Shown: piece by piece, positions 36,884-39,618 of the stretch | Layout of the letters: each line of letters begins with the position of its first letter | Position numbering within the stretch: position 1 is the stretch's first letter | Made by a program: the position numbers and the translations under genes | From: a virus | Taxonomy: Duplodnaviria; Caudoviricetes | IMG/VR virus record: IMGVR_UViG_3300032305_003061 | Location: 1 to 39,618 of that record | Reading direction: 5' to 3' (one strand) | DNA length: 39,618 bases | Notes under the pieces: generated by a model | The model's input: only the letters and a program-made list of their open reading frames with translations | Database searches by the model: none | Told to the model about the DNA's origin: nothing

Positions 36884-38194
36884 TCAGTTTTCAGAATAAT
36901 TTTTCAAAAATGCTAAATTTTCACCAAATTTGACATCTACAAAAAGCTTAAGTGGTTTGTAGTTAATAAATTCTTGCTGTAAAACATCTTTAATTTTACC
37001 AACAGCAGAACTTAATTGATTCTTTTTTACAGAAAAAACAAAACAGTCATGTACAGAAAATAAAAGTTTAAAGTCTTGATCTTCCATAGAAGATATTTGA
37101 TTCATTTTCATAAAACAAAATACGGCTGCTGGTGAATGTACAGAAAAATTCATAGCTTTATAGCTTTCATCTGGTGTGAAATTTTTATTCCTTTTAAAGT
37201 AATCACAACAAAAACCAAACATCTCAGCTTGATGCATTTGGTGGAAAACATAATCAAATGCTTTAACAAATAAAGACTTTATCTTTTGTAAATAAAACTT
37301 TCCTTCAACAGATGAACAACCCAAAGATTCTGCTAACTTTGTACCAGAAATTCCATAAATTGCTGGCAAAAATAACTTTTTACCCAAATCTTTGTAATTT
37401 TGATCTTCAAATTTACTCAAATCTAACACATATTGAGCAATTTGCTCATAGGGATGACATGTGTTATACAACAAAGTGTTCAAGTTAGCATCATTACTAA
37501 GAAATGCTAAAACATATAATTCAAGTGCTTTAAAATCAAAAGAAACAAAAATTTCATCTTCAGGTAAAACAAAATTTGCTTTAGTTTCATGAATTAAACT
37601 GTGTGGATTAAAATTTTTATCAGAAATTATTTTGGAATTTAATCTCCCATTTTCCTGAAATTTTGAAGAATAATATGGATATACCAATGTAGCTTCATTG
37701 TCAAGAATGATACCTTGATTTTCCATATGTGGAACAGTATAACAAATTAATTTTTGAAAAACATTAGTGTAAATTTCTAAAACTTCTGATTTAATAAATT
37801 TCAAAAATATACCAATAACATCACTGAATTTATCAAAAGAACAATTGATGTTAACATAATCAACAAACCAATTTAAATCAAAAAACACTTTAAAATCAAT
37901 TAAATTTCTACATCCTTGCTTAATACAAAAAGACTGAAAAAGCTTGGGATTCAAACAAATTATTGGTCGATTATATTCAATTAAACAATTTCTCATGTGA
38001 TGTACAAATGAACATGTGTTATTTTGATGTAATTTTATTTCAAATACAGATCCCTTCACACCTTTAAGTTTTATGTGTAATAAAAGATTCTTTTTGTCAG
38101 TTAGATCTGGTTTGTTTAAAATTTCTAAATAAACAATTTTCTCAACACAAAATGTGTTGTGGAGTTTTTCAAAAGTAGTTTTATCAATGCTCAC
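36884..38194 (-). CDS. Family A DNA polymerase-like protein lacking most of the thumb
   Basis: HMENQGIILD, NGRLNS, motif A SFDFKALELYVLAFLS, motif B KDLGKKLFLPAIYG, NFSVHS, motif C SVHDCFVF. Confidence 0.85.
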   Translation of the reverse strand: MSIDKTTFEKLHNTFCVEKIVYLEILNKPDLTDKKNLLLHIKLKGVKGSVFEIKLHQNNTCSFVHHMRNCLIEYNRPIICLNPKLFQSFCIKQGCRNLIDFKVFFDLNWFVDYVNINCSFDKFSDVIGIFLKFIKSEVLEIYTNVFQKLICYTVPHMENQGIILDNEATLVYPYYSSKFQENGRLNSKIISDKNFNPHSLIHETKANFVLPEDEIFVSFDFKALELYVLAFLSNDANLNTLLYNTCHPYEQIAQYVLDLSKFEDQNYKDLGKKLFLPAIYGISGTKLAESLGCSSVEGKFYLQKIKSLFVKAFDYVFHQMHQAEMFGFCCDYFKRNKNFTPDESYKAMNFSVHSPAAVFCFMKMNQISSMEDQDFKLLFSVHDCFVFSVKKNQLSSAVGKIKDVLQQEFINYKPLKLFVDVKFGENLAFLKNYSEN

Positions 38195-38200
38195 AAAAAA

Positions 38201-38229
38201 AATCTACGCTTAGTTGGAATTTAAGTCAA
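38201..38229 (-). promoter_or_regulatory. sigma70-type promoter; predicted leaderless start at GTG 38194
   Basis: Minus strand TTGACT-17 nt-TAGATT-6 nt-GTG. Confidence 0.65.
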
Positions 38230-38247
38230 ACATAATTTTTCAGTTTT

Positions 38248-38264
38248 TTGGCACACTTTTTGCT
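38248..38264 (+). promoter_or_regulatory. sigma54 (-24/-12) consensus site, rightward
   Basis: TTGGCACACTTTTTGCT; GG-N10-GC. Confidence 0.7.
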
Positions 38265-38294
38265 ACGCGCGTATTAAGAATTTAATATATATTA

Positions 38295-38323
38295 CATTCC
38301 CAAGTACTTCGTACTTGGGAATG
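38295..38323 (-). repeat. Perfect 13-bp inverted repeat with GAA triloop (minus strand)
   Basis: Plus strand CATTCCCAAGTAC-TTC-GTACTTGGGAATG. Confidence 0.95.
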
Positions 38324-38330
38324 CTTTAGT

Positions 38331-38386
38331 TTAAGTGGTACATAATTTACTCTTCGCTTCGCTCAGAGTAAATTAGTACCACTTAA
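38331..38386 (-). repeat. Long inverted repeat capped by GCGAAGC (minus strand)
   Basis: Plus strand TTAAGTGGTAC-A-TAATTTACTCT-TCGCTTCGCTC-AGAGTAAATTA-GTACCACTTAA. Confidence 0.95.
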
Positions 38387-38468
38387 CAAAAATATGTTTT
38401 ATTTAAAAAAATCAATTTAACTTAAATTGTCTTTAATATAAATACATAATACTTAGTATTTATTAATA

Positions 38469-38485
38469 CGCAAAATCCATGCCAA
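38469..38485 (-). promoter_or_regulatory. sigma54 (-24/-12) consensus site, leftward
   Basis: Minus strand TTGGCATGGATTTTGCG; GG-N10-GC. Confidence 0.65.
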
Positions 38486-38658
38486 TCAAACAACAAACTT
38501 GAAAATATTTTTTGCTCGTAAAATCGCTTTAAACGCATTCGGGAATAAAATTTGACCTGAGTCCCACTTGGTGGTAGAAAGTTGCAGGGAGGGGCTGTTT
38601 TGTAGAAATAAACGGTATATGAAACGCCAATCCCCAAGTTATAGTTTGAAGTTTAAAT

Positions 38659-38687
38659 TTGACTTTCCCTGAGACAAGGTTTAGGAT
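38659..38687 (+). promoter_or_regulatory. sigma70-type promoter; predicted leaderless start at ATG 38694
   Basis: TTGACT-17 nt-TAGGAT-6 nt-ATG. Confidence 0.65.
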
Positions 38688-38693
38688 TTAAAC

Positions 38694-39389
38694 ATGAGAG
38701 AAGTTTTCAAACCATCGACAGACCAAACATTTGCTCTATCGAGCGATCCAGACAAGTTGCTTGCATATAATTTGCTAATATATTATTTGAATTGTGAGTA
38801 TCATTATTTCCCTGTTTATAATCATACTAAATTTAATGATTTAAAACCAGTAGAAAAACAATCTGCTTTCAAATATTTATTTAAATTTGTGAAAGATAAA
38901 AAGGGTATCTTTGAAACATCAAGTGATTATTATCTTTTTATAAAAGCGCAATTAGAAATTGCTAAATTGCTAGAAAGTAAAAATCCAATTGTAAATCCAA
39001 GTTTGCTTATTGGTGACAAAGCTGAAAAAAGATATTATGTTTGGAAAAAGAAAGTTGAAAGCAATAAAATGATAACAAAAACTATTGTAAGAAAACTTGA
39101 AGATAAATTTATATCATCAGCTTTTGACATAACTATTTGTGCATTAAAAGACACTCTTGGTGATAATTTTACATATGATGGATTTTTAAGAAATATAAAA
39201 AGAATAATGTTGCAGATTAGAGCTAAACAAATCGATCCTATCTGGTGTTTTGCAAGTGAATGGGTTAAACAATTACCAGATGAAATTAAAAATGAGATTA
39301 TTAGTTTGACAGAATGTGAAAAATATAAAGACTATAATGTCGATGATATAAAGAAGATTTATGATGAAAAATTTGGTAATCTGTCTTGA
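38694..39389 (+). CDS. Hypothetical helical protein (weak resemblance to T4 gp59 helicase loader)
   Basis: 231 aa, basic/aromatic; size and context fit gp59 but no firm motif. Confidence 0.6.
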   Translation: MREVFKPSTDQTFALSSDPDKLLAYNLLIYYLNCEYHYFPVYNHTKFNDLKPVEKQSAFKYLFKFVKDKKGIFETSSDYYLFIKAQLEIAKLLESKNPIVNPSLLIGDKAEKRYYVWKKKVESNKMITKTIVRKLEDKFISSAFDITICALKDTLGDNFTYDGFLRNIKRIMLQIRAKQIDPIWCFASEWVKQLPDEIKNEIISLTECEKYKDYNVDDIKKIYDEKFGNLS

Positions 39390-39406
39390 GTGGTGTAAAT
39401 AATTTT

Positions 39407-39618
39407 ATGAAACCACAATCTGATGATCCTTTGGAATTTATCACCAATCGCCGTAAAGGCGCACAAAATAATGCATCTGATGCTAAAGCAAAAGGTGGTG
39501 ATGCTATGCTTTCATACTATCACTTTGCAGCAAAAGATAAGCCATATCGTGAGGTTATGCAAGCTCTTAAAAATGATGGGTTGCAATCTGCTATTAAATT
39601 TTGTAAAAATGAGACTAA
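39407..39618 (+). CDS. Hypothetical protein, 3'-truncated by the window (not in ORF track)
   Basis: MKPQSDDPLEFITNRRKGAQNNASDAKAKGGDAMLSYYHF... open to the window end; TAAATA at 39396. Confidence 0.7.
   Translation, partial: MKPQSDDPLEFITNRRKGAQNNASDAKAKGGDAMLSYYHFAAKDKPYREVMQALKNDGLQSAIKFCKNET

Noticed and set aside
38422-38637. 71-aa minus-strand ORF in the origin-like spacer
   Set aside because: TTG start, no RBS, atypical composition, and it runs across the sigma54 site and palindromes.
38591-38640. GGGGCTG resembling a tmRNA 5' end
   Set aside because: Lacks the following GGATTCGAC motif and a matching tRNA-like 3' end.
1-39618. Stop-codon reassignment as seen in some huge phages
   Set aside because: Conserved proteins are full length in code 11, and TAA, TAG and TGA all end genes at tight junctions.

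Overview
AT-rich, densely coding (standard code 11) segment of a large T4-like/'huge' tailed-phage genome. No rRNA, tRNA, CRISPR array or transposase was recognised. The right half is a leftward replication/recombination block: thumb-truncated PolA-like protein, region-2-only sigma-like factor, DnaB/gp41 helicase, UvsY-like protein, dCMP deaminase, gp32-like SSB, RecA/UvsX, Ski2/Hel308-like helicase and dNMP kinase. The middle holds ThyX, a secreted-protein/papain-peptidase cassette and at least nine genes whose N-termini resemble the T4 capsid-targeting sequence. The left holds HldE, a complete FmdB-PrkA/YeaG-YeaH-SpoVR operon, sugar kinase/nucleotidyltransferase/glycosyltransferase-like genes, a DnaE N-terminal half that stops just before its catalytic motif, and a helical-repeat protein. 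The most striking non-coding feature is the 500-bp spacer at 38195-38693. There, two face-to-face sigma54 (-24/-12) consensus sites enclose palindromes and two hairpins with minus-strand C-GAA-G triloops, while each flanking divergent gene has its own outward sigma70-type promoter. It is a candidate replication origin of unusual design. All family calls come from motifs read by eye; no database search was run.
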